64,000 nt of DNA from Actinomycetota bacterium (GTDB taxonomy: Bacteria; Actinomycetota; Thermoleophilia; BMS3ABIN01): positions 6,281 to 70,280 of the forward strand of contig JACRMB010000010.1 in NCBI GenBank assembly GCA_016235065.1, written 5' to 3'. Shown piece by piece: positions 29,458 to 39,723 of this stretch. Position 1 is the stretch's first letter. Each line of letters begins with the position of its first letter. The notes under the pieces were generated by a model, which was given only the letters and a program-made list of their open reading frames with translations, had not been told where the DNA came from and searched no databases. Position numbers and translations under genes: made by a program.

Positions 29458-29874
29458 TCAGACTGGTTTGGCGGCAGACACGCCCGCAATAACGATGGCG
29501 AAGATGAATATGATCAGCCCGATGGCCATCATCGCCGTCACGATCGTGCCGATGATCGCCCCGATGAGCGCCAGGACCCTGCCCTCCTCGGGCGACTCAC
29601 CCTTCTTGATGTGGCTCAACTCCACAAAGCCGAGCACCATACCCGGCACCGCTGTGATGCAGAACATGAAACTGGCTATGGACAGGACCAGGGAAGCGAT
29701 GGCAAGGCCACCCGGGTCCTGTTTCCGCGGCCTGCAGGAACCCGTGGCTGCGCAGGACCGGCAGCAGAGCATGCCATCGGGCGTCTCCAGCAGGCATTCC
29801 TTGCAATAAGGCAGCTTGCAGCCCTGGCAGATACCGACCGCTTCACAGTCTTTATGGCTCGTACAGTCAGCCAT
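29458..29874 (-). CDS. B-box-like Zn finger plus DUF4190-like membrane protein
   Basis: CTSH...CQGC..CKEC...CCRSC followed by GLAIASLVLSI. Confidence 0.75.
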   Translation of the reverse strand: MADCTSHKDCEAVGICQGCKLPYCKECLLETPDGMLCCRSCAATGSCRPRKQDPGGLAIASLVLSIASFMFCITAVPGMVLGFVELSHIKKGESPEEGRVLALIGAIIGTIVTAMMAIGLIIFIFAIVIAGVSAAKPV

Positions 29875-29922
29875 GCGATCCTTCTCCTTCCGGTCGTGAT
29901 GCGGCCTTGGGCCGCACGCTCC

Positions 29923-30579
29923 CTAACCCTGTGACTGCAGCAGCGCCAGGACCTGGGCTTCCCAGGTGGCGTGATTGTCGAAGTGAAAGTTGGGATCGGT
30001 GATGATCGTATAGAGCCAATAGATGCCATAGATACCACAAGTGACAAAGGTCAGCAGGAGGAAGGTGATGAAATTCCTCTCGGGGATGACCATGGGCGTG
30101 ATGATCTGGTTCTCGGTCACCCCCACCTTGTTCATGACCTCGCTGGCCTTGAGCATGAAATCGTGCTCGTTGGCCTCGTGGGCACGGAAGTCGTCGTTGA
30201 GGAAGTAGTACACGTAGTAGACGATCGGGCTGACTACCAGGCAGAGCACCAGCCACAGGACCGGTGATTTGTCGCCGGCGCGATCGCGGTTGGTGGCATC
30301 CAGGTTCAGTCCCTCGAGCTGGGAGATATCCGCTTCTACCGAAGCAAGCCCGGCGGAAGAGGACTCCGCCTTCTCGCGCAGGACCTCGATCAGGTGGGTC
30401 CGGAACGATACCATGCGCTCGAAGTGCTGTTCGCGCCGTTCAAGCAGCTTGTAGATGACGTAGAACATGTAGATCCCGCAGGTGACGATCGACAGCAGGA
30501 ACGCTGTCCAGAATCCCGTCTGCCAGTCGGTGATGGTCCTTTGGCGTATGTCTGCTTCCAGATTGACCATGCTGTCCAC
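29923..30579 (-). CDS. Membrane protein with two DUF4234-like motifs
   Basis: LLSIVTCGIY and LLTFVTCGIYGIYW. Confidence 0.75.
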   Translation of the reverse strand: MDSMVNLEADIRQRTITDWQTGFWTAFLLSIVTCGIYMFYVIYKLLERREQHFERMVSFRTHLIEVLREKAESSSAGLASVEADISQLEGLNLDATNRDRAGDKSPVLWLVLCLVVSPIVYYVYYFLNDDFRAHEANEHDFMLKASEVMNKVGVTENQIITPMVIPERNFITFLLLTFVTCGIYGIYWLYTIITDPNFHFDNHATWEAQVLALLQSQG

Positions 30580-30718
30580 TTGTGCCTCCTTGTCCCCGGC
30601 TTCCGGATAAAAAGCCTTTAGTTAGATCCTGCCTGCCAATAAAACCCCTCTAGTCATATCCTGCCTGTCAGCAAAATCTGCCTTCAGTCAAATCATGCAA
30701 GCAATCCCTGATCAGCTT

Positions 30719-31162
30719 CTAGAGCAGACCGGTCTCGCGCCAGACGATCATCTTGATAATCCAGGCTCCCAGCAACAGCACGGCGCCACCGGCTACCAGG
30801 TGCCGGCGCAACGCCGGGCCGATCGAGAAATGAATACGATTGCGGGTGGCGACAGATACCGTTAAAACCATTGCAAGCCCCGCCGCGAGAATGAACAGCA
30901 CCGGCCCCAGAGGGTGATAGCTCAGAGACTGGCCAAGGTCAAAGCCACCCATGGCCAGGAACGAGCGTGTCATGCCACAAAACAGGCAGGGGATACCTGT
31001 CAGAGCGAAAAAGGGACAGGTGTAAAGCAGCGGCACGCTGGCCCCCGAAGCACGCAGCTCGAAATCCGGGCTTACCAGCGCCGAGATGGACAGGACCAGG
31101 AAGATCAGCGCCAGTAAGGGCAGCTCCACGACGGCAAGCTCCTGCCAGTTGACCTTCTGCAT
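30719..31162 (-). CDS. DUF2752-like membrane protein
   Basis: CPFFALTGIPCLFCGMTRS...HPLG. Confidence 0.85.
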   Translation of the reverse strand: MQKVNWQELAVVELPLLALIFLVLSISALVSPDFELRASGASVPLLYTCPFFALTGIPCLFCGMTRSFLAMGGFDLGQSLSYHPLGPVLFILAAGLAMVLTVSVATRNRIHFSIGPALRRHLVAGGAVLLLGAWIIKMIVWRETGLL

Positions 31163-31506
31163 GGATATGCCAAAGTCCCGGCCCTGATCCTGTGAGTCTT
31201 CTGCCGGGTGGTCCGCCAGCGTCAGCCGGGCAGCCTGATGTGCAGGCGCATGAAGCCTCGGCTTCGGGCGATATCTGCAATCTGAATCTATTTTTCCGAG
31301 ATTATCCGGTCCGCATGCCAAGTTGCCACCTAACCGATCTTCAAGTCTTTTGCCTCTGAATTCACAGGAAGCCTTGCATTGTCTGCTGCAGATGCATTGA
31401 AAACCGCGCAGTCAGCGTAAAACTGCGTGCTAAAGAATTAGCCGTTACGGGCTTTTATCCTGCCGGAGGGATTTTAAACTCGTGGGGGCATTTCAGGAGA
31501 TGACAA

Positions 31507-31534
31507 AGGGGCGCGGGCTTAAAGCCCGCGCCCC
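31507..31534 (-). terminator. Hairpin downstream of hup
   Basis: AGGGGCGCGGGCT-TAA-AGCCCGCGCCCCT inverted repeat. Confidence 0.7.
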
Positions 31535-31617
31535 TGCGCGTTCAAACGATAAGCGGTCTGCTATCTCAGCGACATTGCTGACTCATAGCAGCCCTGCATG
31601 CTACAGTTCCGCCCAGC

Positions 31618-31896
31618 TTACTTTACAGCGGCCTTGAGGGCGCTGCCGGCGCTGAACTTCGGCACCTTGCTGGCCTTGATCTGGATCTTCTCTTTAGTCT
31701 GCGGGTTGATACCCTCGCGGGCAGCACGATTCTGGACGCTGAACTTGCCGAATCCGGTGAACTGTACCTCTTCGCCCTTCTTCAGCGACTCGGTGACGAC
31801 GTCGATGAAAGCGTCTACGGCGGCGGCTGCCTGCGTCTTGTTAAGATCAGACTTCGTTGCGACTGCACTTACAAATTCAGATTTTCCCACTTCCAT
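31618..31896 (-). CDS. hup: DNA-binding protein HU
   Basis: GFGKF...R.GINPQT...VPKFSAGSALK. Confidence 0.96.
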   Translation of the reverse strand: MEVGKSEFVSAVATKSDLNKTQAAAAVDAFIDVVTESLKKGEEVQFTGFGKFSVQNRAAREGINPQTKEKIQIKASKVPKFSAGSALKAAVK

Positions 31897-31984
31897 ACCT
31901 CCTGGTTTTTAAGGGTTTCAGAAGCTGGCGGTTATGGACACTATCAGATGGAAATCCCCTTTACAAGGCAAAAAACGAGGTTTT

Positions 31985-33328
31985 TCATTTTCCGCTGACA
32001 GTCATCTCGCCGATAAGCAGCGAAGGTGCATGGATGCTGCCACCGAATGGAACCCACCGGTTGTCGTTACCGATGACGGTGATGTTCTTCAAAATCGCCA
32101 TCAGGTTTCCGGCGATTGTTACCTCCCGCACGGGTTCTGCCAACTGTCCTCCGCGTATCAACCGGCCGGAAGCTCCCACCGAGAAATCTCCCGACACGGG
32201 GTTGGTCCCCGAGTGGATGCCGCTCACTTCCATGACATAGAAACCGCTATCCACGCCGGCGATGATCTGGTCGAGTGACGCAGTGCCTCCGGCGAGCCTG
32301 AGGTTGGTGGCTCCCACATGGGGCTGCGACCGGTACGAGCCGCGGATGCCGTTTCCGGTGGAGGGCTTGCCGTCTTTCTTGCCGGTGTATGTGTCATACA
32401 ATAATCCCTGCAAAATGCCGTCTTTTATCAGTTCGGTCACCCCCATGGGCACACCTTCGCCATCGAACGGGGCGCTGGCCATGCCGTCGGGATGGATGCC
32501 GTCGTCGGTGATGCTGAAGATCCCAGCCGCTACTTTCTGCCCCTCAAGGCCGGCGAACATGGAACGCTGTTTCTGCACCGCCTCACCTGTGAGCGCCGAA
32601 CCGATGACTCCGATCAGGCTGGCGGACACGAAGGGATCCATGACAACCGGGCAGGTCATGCTCTCACACTGGGATCCGCCGAGTAGCGCCACCGCCCGGT
32701 CCGCGGCTTCGCGGCCGCAGGCCGCGGGTTCCAGTTGTCCTGGTTCCCTTCCCGTGGTAAAGGACATGCCGGTCTGCATCTGCCCGTCCTGCAAGGCTAT
32801 CGCCTGCAGGAATGCATAACAGGTATTTTCTTCATACTGGCGGGAAAATCCCTTGGAATTTGCCATTGCGACCAATCCCTCGCCCTCGGCATAGGTAGCA
32901 GAATCCACCTGGGAGATGCGGGAATCGCGCTCCAGAGCCGTCCGCTCGATCTCACGGGTGAGCTCGATCTTCTCGGCCAGCGGCACCTGCTGCAGCTTCT
33001 CGGAATACAGATCCAGCTCGGGGAACCCGGCAGCCGGCTCGGGAAGGCCCATGAACTGGTCCCCTGCTGTCACTTCAGCGTTATCCGCAGCCTCGCGCGC
33101 CGCCGCGGCCAGAGCATCGCCGGAAAGGTCACTGGTATAGGAGAAGCCCACCGAGTCACCGCGAAAGACGCGGATGCCGACGCCACTACCGGTGGAACTC
33201 GCCAGCTCCTCGACTTCCTGCTGATAGACCCTGATCCTGGTGGACCGGGTCCTCATGGCTAAGGCTTCCGCCTGCTCGACCCCGGTCGCCACTGCCAACT
33301 CCAGGGCTTTTCGCGCGATATCAAGCAT
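31985..33328 (-). CDS. pmbA: TldE/PmbA protein
   Basis: PFDGEG, SGDFS and TIAGNL. Lacks HExxxH and is paired with tldD. Confidence 0.93.
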   Translation of the reverse strand: MLDIARKALELAVATGVEQAEALAMRTRSTRIRVYQQEVEELASSTGSGVGIRVFRGDSVGFSYTSDLSGDALAAAAREAADNAEVTAGDQFMGLPEPAAGFPELDLYSEKLQQVPLAEKIELTREIERTALERDSRISQVDSATYAEGEGLVAMANSKGFSRQYEENTCYAFLQAIALQDGQMQTGMSFTTGREPGQLEPAACGREAADRAVALLGGSQCESMTCPVVMDPFVSASLIGVIGSALTGEAVQKQRSMFAGLEGQKVAAGIFSITDDGIHPDGMASAPFDGEGVPMGVTELIKDGILQGLLYDTYTGKKDGKPSTGNGIRGSYRSQPHVGATNLRLAGGTASLDQIIAGVDSGFYVMEVSGIHSGTNPVSGDFSVGASGRLIRGGQLAEPVREVTIAGNLMAILKNITVIGNDNRWVPFGGSIHAPSLLIGEMTVSGK

Positions 33329-33382
33329 TGATGATTCCTTTATCGTTATATGAACCATGGCCGGAAAGCCAAAAGACGCTCA

Positions 33383-34768
33383 TCAGATCTCCGTCCCGCC
33401 GACGGTCATGTCCAGTATCCTCAGGGTCGGCTGGCCGCTGCCCGCCGGCACACCCTGTCCGTCCTTACCGCAGACACCGATGTGCATCTCGAAATCATCA
33501 GCGACCATGTCGATGTTGTTGAGCGCGTTGAGCCCGTTGCCGATCAGGGTCGCACCGCGAAGGGGCGTGGTCACCCGGCCGCCCTCGATCGTGTAACCTT
33601 CCGAGACTCCAAAGACGAAATCGCCGGATGCCGGCTCCACCTGGCCTCCCGCAAGCGTTTTGGCGTAAAAACCCTTCTCCGTGGCCGCGATGATCTCTTC
33701 CGGCTTGCTCGTGCCTGCATGGATGAAGGTATTGGTCATGCGCGGGATCGGCGGATGGCGGAATGACTGGCGCCTGCCGTTGCCTGTGGAAACAGCCCCC
33801 AGATTCCTGGCCCTGAGCCCGTCATACATGAAACCGGCGAGCCTGCCTTCCTCGATCAGGACGGTACGCTGCGTCGGCGTGCCCTCGTCATCGAAGGTGC
33901 TGGAGCCCCACTCACCGGGGATGCTGCCGTCGTCCACCAGGGTGACCAGCCCGGAAGCGACCTGCTCGCCGATGCGGCCGGCGAAGACACTTGTGCCCTT
34001 CTCGATGGAATCCGCCTCAAGTCCGTGGCCGCAGGCTTCATGGAAAAGCACACCGCCGAAGCCGCGATGCAGTACGACAGTCATCTTGCCGCTTGGCGAA
34101 GGCTGTGAATCCAGCATTATCAATGCTTTCTGTGCGGCGACCAGACCGACGTCAGCAGGATCGCGGACCTCGAAGAGTTCCATCCCCCGATGAGCCCCCA
34201 TGCTGTCGGCTCCAGTCTGCATCATGCCGTCGCGAGCCCCGACGGCACGCACCGAAAAACGGACGCGGGTCCTCGAATCAGCAGCCAGCACTCCTTCGGA
34301 GTTAGCGATCATGATCTCGCTGACCTCATCCTGGTAACCGACGGAAGCCTGGACGATCTCACCGCCGGCGCCTCTTGCGGCTGCGTCCGCAGCCTGCAAC
34401 ATGGCTGCTTTTTCCCTGGCGGCGACGCTCGCTGGAGTCACCTCGATCACATGCGGTGAGGTCAGGGTGATGAGTTCGAGCTGCTTCATGCCGGCGCTGT
34501 CCCCGGCAAGGCCCTGGCCGGCCAGCCTTGCGGCCTCCACCAGGTCTCGCTCTTCCATGCTGTCCACGGAGACGAACGAGACGGCGCGGCCCCGGGTAAC
34601 CCGGATTGAGACCCCGGCATCAAGCCCGGTGGAACTGCGCTCCAGCCGGCTGTCTTCCAGGCTCATGGAGACCGTGTGGCGCCGCTCGGCGTAGAGCTCG
34701 GCGAAATCGCCGCCCTCCTTCAGGGCTTCCCCCAGCACCTTACTGACTAGATTCTCGCTTAACAGCAA
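33383..34768 (-). CDS. tldD: TldD metalloprotease
   Basis: HEACGHGLEAD, PRMTNT and CGKDGQ. Confidence 0.95.
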   Translation of the reverse strand: MLLSENLVSKVLGEALKEGGDFAELYAERRHTVSMSLEDSRLERSSTGLDAGVSIRVTRGRAVSFVSVDSMEERDLVEAARLAGQGLAGDSAGMKQLELITLTSPHVIEVTPASVAAREKAAMLQAADAAARGAGGEIVQASVGYQDEVSEIMIANSEGVLAADSRTRVRFSVRAVGARDGMMQTGADSMGAHRGMELFEVRDPADVGLVAAQKALIMLDSQPSPSGKMTVVLHRGFGGVLFHEACGHGLEADSIEKGTSVFAGRIGEQVASGLVTLVDDGSIPGEWGSSTFDDEGTPTQRTVLIEEGRLAGFMYDGLRARNLGAVSTGNGRRQSFRHPPIPRMTNTFIHAGTSKPEEIIAATEKGFYAKTLAGGQVEPASGDFVFGVSEGYTIEGGRVTTPLRGATLIGNGLNALNNIDMVADDFEMHIGVCGKDGQGVPAGSGQPTLRILDMTVGGTEI

Positions 34769-35011
34769 TTAGATCCTTTCGAGGTCAGACGGCCGCCCTT
34801 TCCGCGGCGCCGCGCTTACCTGTTTTCACCGGTAGCGGCTATCTTATAACAACTCCACCCGGGAAAGAGAGAGATCAGCGGGCGGAAAAGTCTGGTTCCT
34901 AATGCCTCCGGCCTCAGGTCCGATACAGTCTAAAGAGCTGCATAGTCGGGCATAATCCCTGCGTGCAAGCATATTTATTCGCTGTTGAACATTGACGAAC
35001 CTGGGGCGGTA

Positions 35012-36031
35012 ATGAAAGAAAACCAATGGGGGGACAACCTCGCGCGGGACCTTGTCCATGATTCCGGCACCTCTTCCCGGAACCGGCTGCGCTCTTTCGC
35101 GGAACTGACCGGCTCTTTCTCGCTGCTTCATAAGAACATAGGCAGGGTGATCGTCGGCAAGGACGACGTAATCACACTGGTGCTGGCCGCCCTGATCAGC
35201 CGGGGTCATGTGCTGCTCGAAGACATCCCCGGGGTCGGCAAGACCACTCTTGCCAAGAGCATCGCCCGCTCGATCGCGGCAAGCTACGCGCGCATCCAGT
35301 TCACCCCCGACCTGCTGCCCTCGGATATAACCGGCAGCACCATCTACTCGCCGAAAGACGAACGGTTCTACTGGTCGCCTGGTCCGTTATTCGCCAACAT
35401 CGTGCTGGCTGACGAGATCAACCGAACCAGCCCCAGGACCCAGGCGGCGCTGCTCGAAGCCATGGAGGAACAGCAGGTCACAGCGGACAGGACCACCTAT
35501 CCTTTGCCGAATCCCTTTTTTGTCATCGCGACCCAGAATCCGTATGAACTGCACGGCACCTTCCCGCTTCCGGAAGGTCAGACCGACCGTTTCCTGGTAT
35601 CTCTCTCACTTGGCCTGCCAGACCGGCAGAGTGAGAACAGGCTGGTGCGCGATCAGCTGGTGAAACATCCTCTGGAGAAGCTCGAACCGGTTGTGGACGC
35701 CTCACAGATACTGGAGCTCCAGGAGGCTGTCCGTGAGATCAACGTCGCCGAGAGCGTGCTCGGATACGTCCTCGATATCGTCGAGGCCACACGCAATCAT
35801 GCTGACATCGCCATGGGCGCTTCACCACGGGCCAGTGTGGCGCTGGTGCACATCTGCCAGGGACTGGCGTTCGCGCAGGGCCGCTCTTATGTCATCCCCG
35901 ACGACGTCCAGCAGGCGGCCGGACCGGCGCTGGCGCACCGCATAGTCCTCAAGCGCAGGTCTTCGCTCAAGGGCGAAGACGCCGCCGGCATCATCGCCGG
36001 GATCGTCGCCTCGCGCAGGGTCCCGGTCTAG
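35012..36031 (+). CDS. MoxR-family AAA+ ATPase
   Basis: EDIPGVGKT, RIQFTPDLLPSD, DEINR and ATQNP. Confidence 0.95.
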   Translation: MKENQWGDNLARDLVHDSGTSSRNRLRSFAELTGSFSLLHKNIGRVIVGKDDVITLVLAALISRGHVLLEDIPGVGKTTLAKSIARSIAASYARIQFTPDLLPSDITGSTIYSPKDERFYWSPGPLFANIVLADEINRTSPRTQAALLEAMEEQQVTADRTTYPLPNPFFVIATQNPYELHGTFPLPEGQTDRFLVSLSLGLPDRQSENRLVRDQLVKHPLEKLEPVVDASQILELQEAVREINVAESVLGYVLDIVEATRNHADIAMGASPRASVALVHICQGLAFAQGRSYVIPDDVQQAAGPALAHRIVLKRRSSLKGEDAAGIIAGIVASRRVPV

Positions 36032-36052
36032 AACACCGTCGGCCTCGCCGCC

Positions 36053-37255
36053 ATGCCGACACGAAAGACAATCTACTGGCTGATCGCCGCATCATCTCTT
36101 TACCTGATCGCCTGGAACGTGGGTTCGGGCTGGCTCTATGTGCTGACTACCCTGCTGCTGGCCTTCCCGCTGGTATCGATCCCCCTCAGCCGCGTGAACA
36201 CCCGGAAGATCTCGGTCGGCATCAAGGCACCACCGTCGATCACCAACGGAGAGACGCTGCCGGTCATGATGGAGATCAGGAACCTGTCATGGCTGCCCCG
36301 CTTCTTCCTGGATCTCGACTGTGCCTTTGGCGGTTCACACAGGCGGCTGTTCGTCTCGACCCTTGGACCCCGCGAATCGCGTGAGGTAAGGCTCGTTTTC
36401 GAGGGCGCCCGGCGCGGCTCTTATGCCGGAGCCCACATCCATCTCACCAGCGCCGCGCCGGCGGGGCTCGCCCGCAGCCGCCGCAACCTGGACGTCGCCG
36501 GGCCGCTTGTCGTCTACCCCCTATGGTACCGGCTTGCCACCGACTGGGATTCCGGCCAGAAGAACGCTGGCTACATGGTCTCCAGCGCCGTTCCCACCCG
36601 CCATACCGCCAGTGATTACCTCGGCGTCCGCGAATACCGTGCGGGCGACAGTCCCAGATCGATCCACTGGCGTTCCTCGGCGCGTACGGGAAAACTGACC
36701 TCGATCGAGTATTCCCGGCAGGCAGCCATCACCCCGGTGTTTCTGCTCGACACGTTCAGCGAGGCTGACCGGGGCGAGGGCGAAGCGTCGACTTTCGAGA
36801 CCGCGGTCTCCATCGCAGCCTCTCTTGTACAACGCGAGTCGGCCCACAACCGCCGCTTCGGACTGGGCAGCGGACCTGGCGACGCTGGCGTGAGGGAACT
36901 TGGCATGCCGGTAGAAGAAGCCATGTTCTGGCTGGCTCAGGTCGAGTCGCCTGCAGCGCAGCCAATGGATCTGGAGTCTTACAGCCTTCCCTGGCCGGAA
37001 GCCACTCCCGTACTCCTGCTGACCAGCCACAAAGCGTATGCCCGGCTCGACAGGTCGGCTTTCCTTCAGGATTTTCCCCACTCCATCATCATCATGATCG
37101 ATGGCCGGAGTTTTGAAAAAAGCGGACGGCACAGCTCGCCGCTCATGGATGCCGCTTCCCTGGATGGTCTTGCCGACAGGCTCGAATCCCTGGGGACAGA
37201 ATTCCTCCTGATCGCTTCACGAGAAGAGGTGCCGGCTTGCCTGGCAAACTTGTAA
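36053..37255 (+). CDS. DUF58 domain membrane protein
   Basis: GVREYRAGDSPRSIHWRSSAR, in the MoxR operon. Confidence 0.9.
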   Translation: MPTRKTIYWLIAASSLYLIAWNVGSGWLYVLTTLLLAFPLVSIPLSRVNTRKISVGIKAPPSITNGETLPVMMEIRNLSWLPRFFLDLDCAFGGSHRRLFVSTLGPRESREVRLVFEGARRGSYAGAHIHLTSAAPAGLARSRRNLDVAGPLVVYPLWYRLATDWDSGQKNAGYMVSSAVPTRHTASDYLGVREYRAGDSPRSIHWRSSARTGKLTSIEYSRQAAITPVFLLDTFSEADRGEGEASTFETAVSIAASLVQRESAHNRRFGLGSGPGDAGVRELGMPVEEAMFWLAQVESPAAQPMDLESYSLPWPEATPVLLLTSHKAYARLDRSAFLQDFPHSIIIMIDGRSFEKSGRHSSPLMDAASLDGLADRLESLGTEFLLIASREEVPACLANL

Positions 37256-39459
37256 AGGCTTACAGCAGGATCAATGCCAGGCATGTTCCGGAAGACAGCC
37301 TGGGCCTGCGGGTGAGCGTCCTCGCCGCAGTCATCATCGCCGAGGTGACCATCTTCTCGATGGGCTACTACAGCGCCGCCGAGAGCGTGGGTGTGCCGCT
37401 TCTCACCATCGCCGGTTTCGCCTGGAGCTGGAAGTTCCGGCGACGCCGCAACCTGCTCATGAAGTTCATCCTGTCGGTGCTGGTCATAGCTGTGGCCGTC
37501 CTCTTCGCCAGGGAGCTGACGACGAGCTTCTACGACACGCGCCTGCCGCTGATCAAGCTGCTGCTCTGGCTGCAGGTGCTCCATTCCTTCGACCTTCCCG
37601 CCCGGCGGGATCTCAAGTTCTCCCTGGCCAGCGGCCTGACCATGATCGCAGCCGGAGCAGTCCTATCCACTGGCATGGCTTATATCGTGGGGCTCGCGCT
37701 CTTCAGCGTCGCCGCGGTCGTGGCGCTCCTCTACTTCCAGATCGCCGAGACCTCCCAGAAAGCCGACCGGGTCCTGAGCGCGGGGCCGGCGCGGATCGTC
37801 GCCTACGGAGCGATCGCCTGGCTGGCGGGGGTAGCTGTGGCGGTGCCCCTGCTGCTCGCCATGCCCCAGAGCACTGAAGCCAAGCTGCACTCCCTGCCGA
37901 TCTCCAGCCTGCAGCAGATCTTTGGCGACTTCTCGCCGAAGGTGAGCAATCCCTATTATTCCAGCGATGGCAATCCGTTCGACCAGCCGCCCCGGTTCGA
38001 CCCGGATTCCTACTACGGCTTCAATCCCTATATGGACCTTCGGTCCCGCGGCAACCTCAGCGACGACGTCGTGCTCAAGGTGCGCTCCGACAGCTACGAT
38101 TTCTACCGGGGGGTCGTCTTCGACCATTACAACGGCAAGGGCTGGGAGATCAGTTCCGAGGAGTCCAGGGACGTCACCACAGACGAGCCTCCCCTCAACC
38201 TGGACATCCCCGGCGTCCCCGTAACTCGGGTCCGCACCAAGATACAGAGCTTTTTCGTCGAGAGGGAACTGCCTAACATCATCTTCGCCACCTGGAAGCC
38301 GGAGCAGCTCTTCTTCCCGGCCGACAGGATCAAGGTAGACGTTTACGGCAGCCTGCGCAGCCCCTACGAGCTTACCGAGGGTACTGTCTACTCGGTCATA
38401 ACCGAACAGCCGGTCTACACCGGCAGCACCCTGCGCAACTACCCGCGCGTCAGCGATACACAGGTGTCCTCAGAGTACACAGCGCTCCCGGCCAGCGACG
38501 AGATGCTCGACGTGGCCCGGATCTCCCAGGAGATCACCAGGGACTATTCCAGCCGCTACGACAAGGTGCTGGCGATCGAGAGGTATCTGAAGCAGAACTA
38601 CGCCTACGACCTGGAAGTGCCGCCGCAGTCCTCGGAAGGCGATGCGGTCACCTATTTCCTCTTCCAGGAAAAAAGGGGTTACTGCGAGCATTTTGCCTCA
38701 GCCATGGCAGTGATGGCGCGGAGCGCCGGGATCCCGGCCCGCGTGGTCACGGGCTATACGGGCGGCAGCTACAATCCGTTCACGGCTCTCTGGGAGGTCA
38801 GGCAGAGCGACGCCCATGCCTGGGTCGAGGTCAACTTCGGCTCCGCCGGCTGGGTGCCTTTCGACCCGACTCCCGGTTTCGACGTCCCGGAAGCCCAGGA
38901 TGAGGCCGGAAGCCCCTGGCTGGCGGGCAAGGTCTTCTCCTATCTGGAGGGTGTATTGGGAAGCGGTCCCCTGGGCGGCGCCATCGCCTCCGCCGGGGGA
39001 GCCCTGAAAAGCATGCTCACTTTCGCGCTCGGAATCCCGCTTACGCTTCTGGCGCTACTGGCGCTGGCCACGGCTGCCATGACCTGGGGTGGCAGGAATA
39101 CCCTTGGGCGGTTATGGGTCGAGCGACGCCGGCGTCAGAAAGTCAGGGGAAGCCTGGGGGCAGACTATTCCCGGGAAGAATTACTGAAGGATTACCTGGC
39201 GCTGGCGCTGAGGCTGCAGAAACGGGGGCTGGTGCGTCGTCCCGAGGAGACCTTGAGGGAGTTTGCCCGGCGCGTGTCAGGCTCGTTGGACGCGTGCGAG
39301 TTCGTCGAGCTGTCGGTATTCGTGGAAAGACTGCGCTACGACGGCACTCCCCTGCCGGAGCCGTCACGCCTGAGAGCGCGCGAACTCGCCAAAGGTTTAA
39401 GGGGGAAGCTCGACTCAGGGGAATTACGCCCCGGGAAACCGGCTACAGGGCTTTCCTGA
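37237..39459 (+). CDS. TgpA-like membrane transglutaminase-domain protein
   Basis: Multiple TM helices, GYCEHFASAM, HAWVE and WVPFDPT (Cys-His-Asp triad). Confidence 0.92.
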   Translation: MPGKLVKAYSRINARHVPEDSLGLRVSVLAAVIIAEVTIFSMGYYSAAESVGVPLLTIAGFAWSWKFRRRRNLLMKFILSVLVIAVAVLFARELTTSFYDTRLPLIKLLLWLQVLHSFDLPARRDLKFSLASGLTMIAAGAVLSTGMAYIVGLALFSVAAVVALLYFQIAETSQKADRVLSAGPARIVAYGAIAWLAGVAVAVPLLLAMPQSTEAKLHSLPISSLQQIFGDFSPKVSNPYYSSDGNPFDQPPRFDPDSYYGFNPYMDLRSRGNLSDDVVLKVRSDSYDFYRGVVFDHYNGKGWEISSEESRDVTTDEPPLNLDIPGVPVTRVRTKIQSFFVERELPNIIFATWKPEQLFFPADRIKVDVYGSLRSPYELTEGTVYSVITEQPVYTGSTLRNYPRVSDTQVSSEYTALPASDEMLDVARISQEITRDYSSRYDKVLAIERYLKQNYAYDLEVPPQSSEGDAVTYFLFQEKRGYCEHFASAMAVMARSAGIPARVVTGYTGGSYNPFTALWEVRQSDAHAWVEVNFGSAGWVPFDPTPGFDVPEAQDEAGSPWLAGKVFSYLEGVLGSGPLGGAIASAGGALKSMLTFALGIPLTLLALLALATAAMTWGGRNTLGRLWVERRRRQKVRGSLGADYSREELLKDYLALALRLQKRGLVRRPEETLREFARRVSGSLDACEFVELSVFVERLRYDGTPLPEPSRLRARELAKGLRGKLDSGELRPGKPATGLS

Positions 39460-39510
39460 CCGGTTCTGCAGGACTTTTATCTCCAGGCTGCAGAACTTTT
39501 CTGATCGGCT

Positions 39511-39717
39511 CTAAAGGGCTTTCTTGACCAGCTCATCGGCCATGGCGGTGAGCTTCTGTGAAAGCTGCGAGCTCTTGTTGTTCACAGCCAGCATCGAGCC
39601 ATCTTCGAAGTAAAGCTCAACCCGGGACTGGCGCCGGATGCGCCTCAGCAGCCAGGTTACGCCCAGCGCCGAACCCAGTGAAAGCAGGAAACCAAAGAAG
39701 AATCTTCCTCTCGCCAT
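39511..39717 (-). CDS. Small membrane-anchored hypothetical protein
   Basis: N-terminal hydrophobic helix and VELYFEDGSM. RBS GGAGA. Confidence 0.65.
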   Translation of the reverse strand: MARGRFFFGFLLSLGSALGVTWLLRRIRRQSRVELYFEDGSMLAVNNKSSQLSQKLTAMADELVKKAL

Positions 39718-39723
39718 CTCTCC

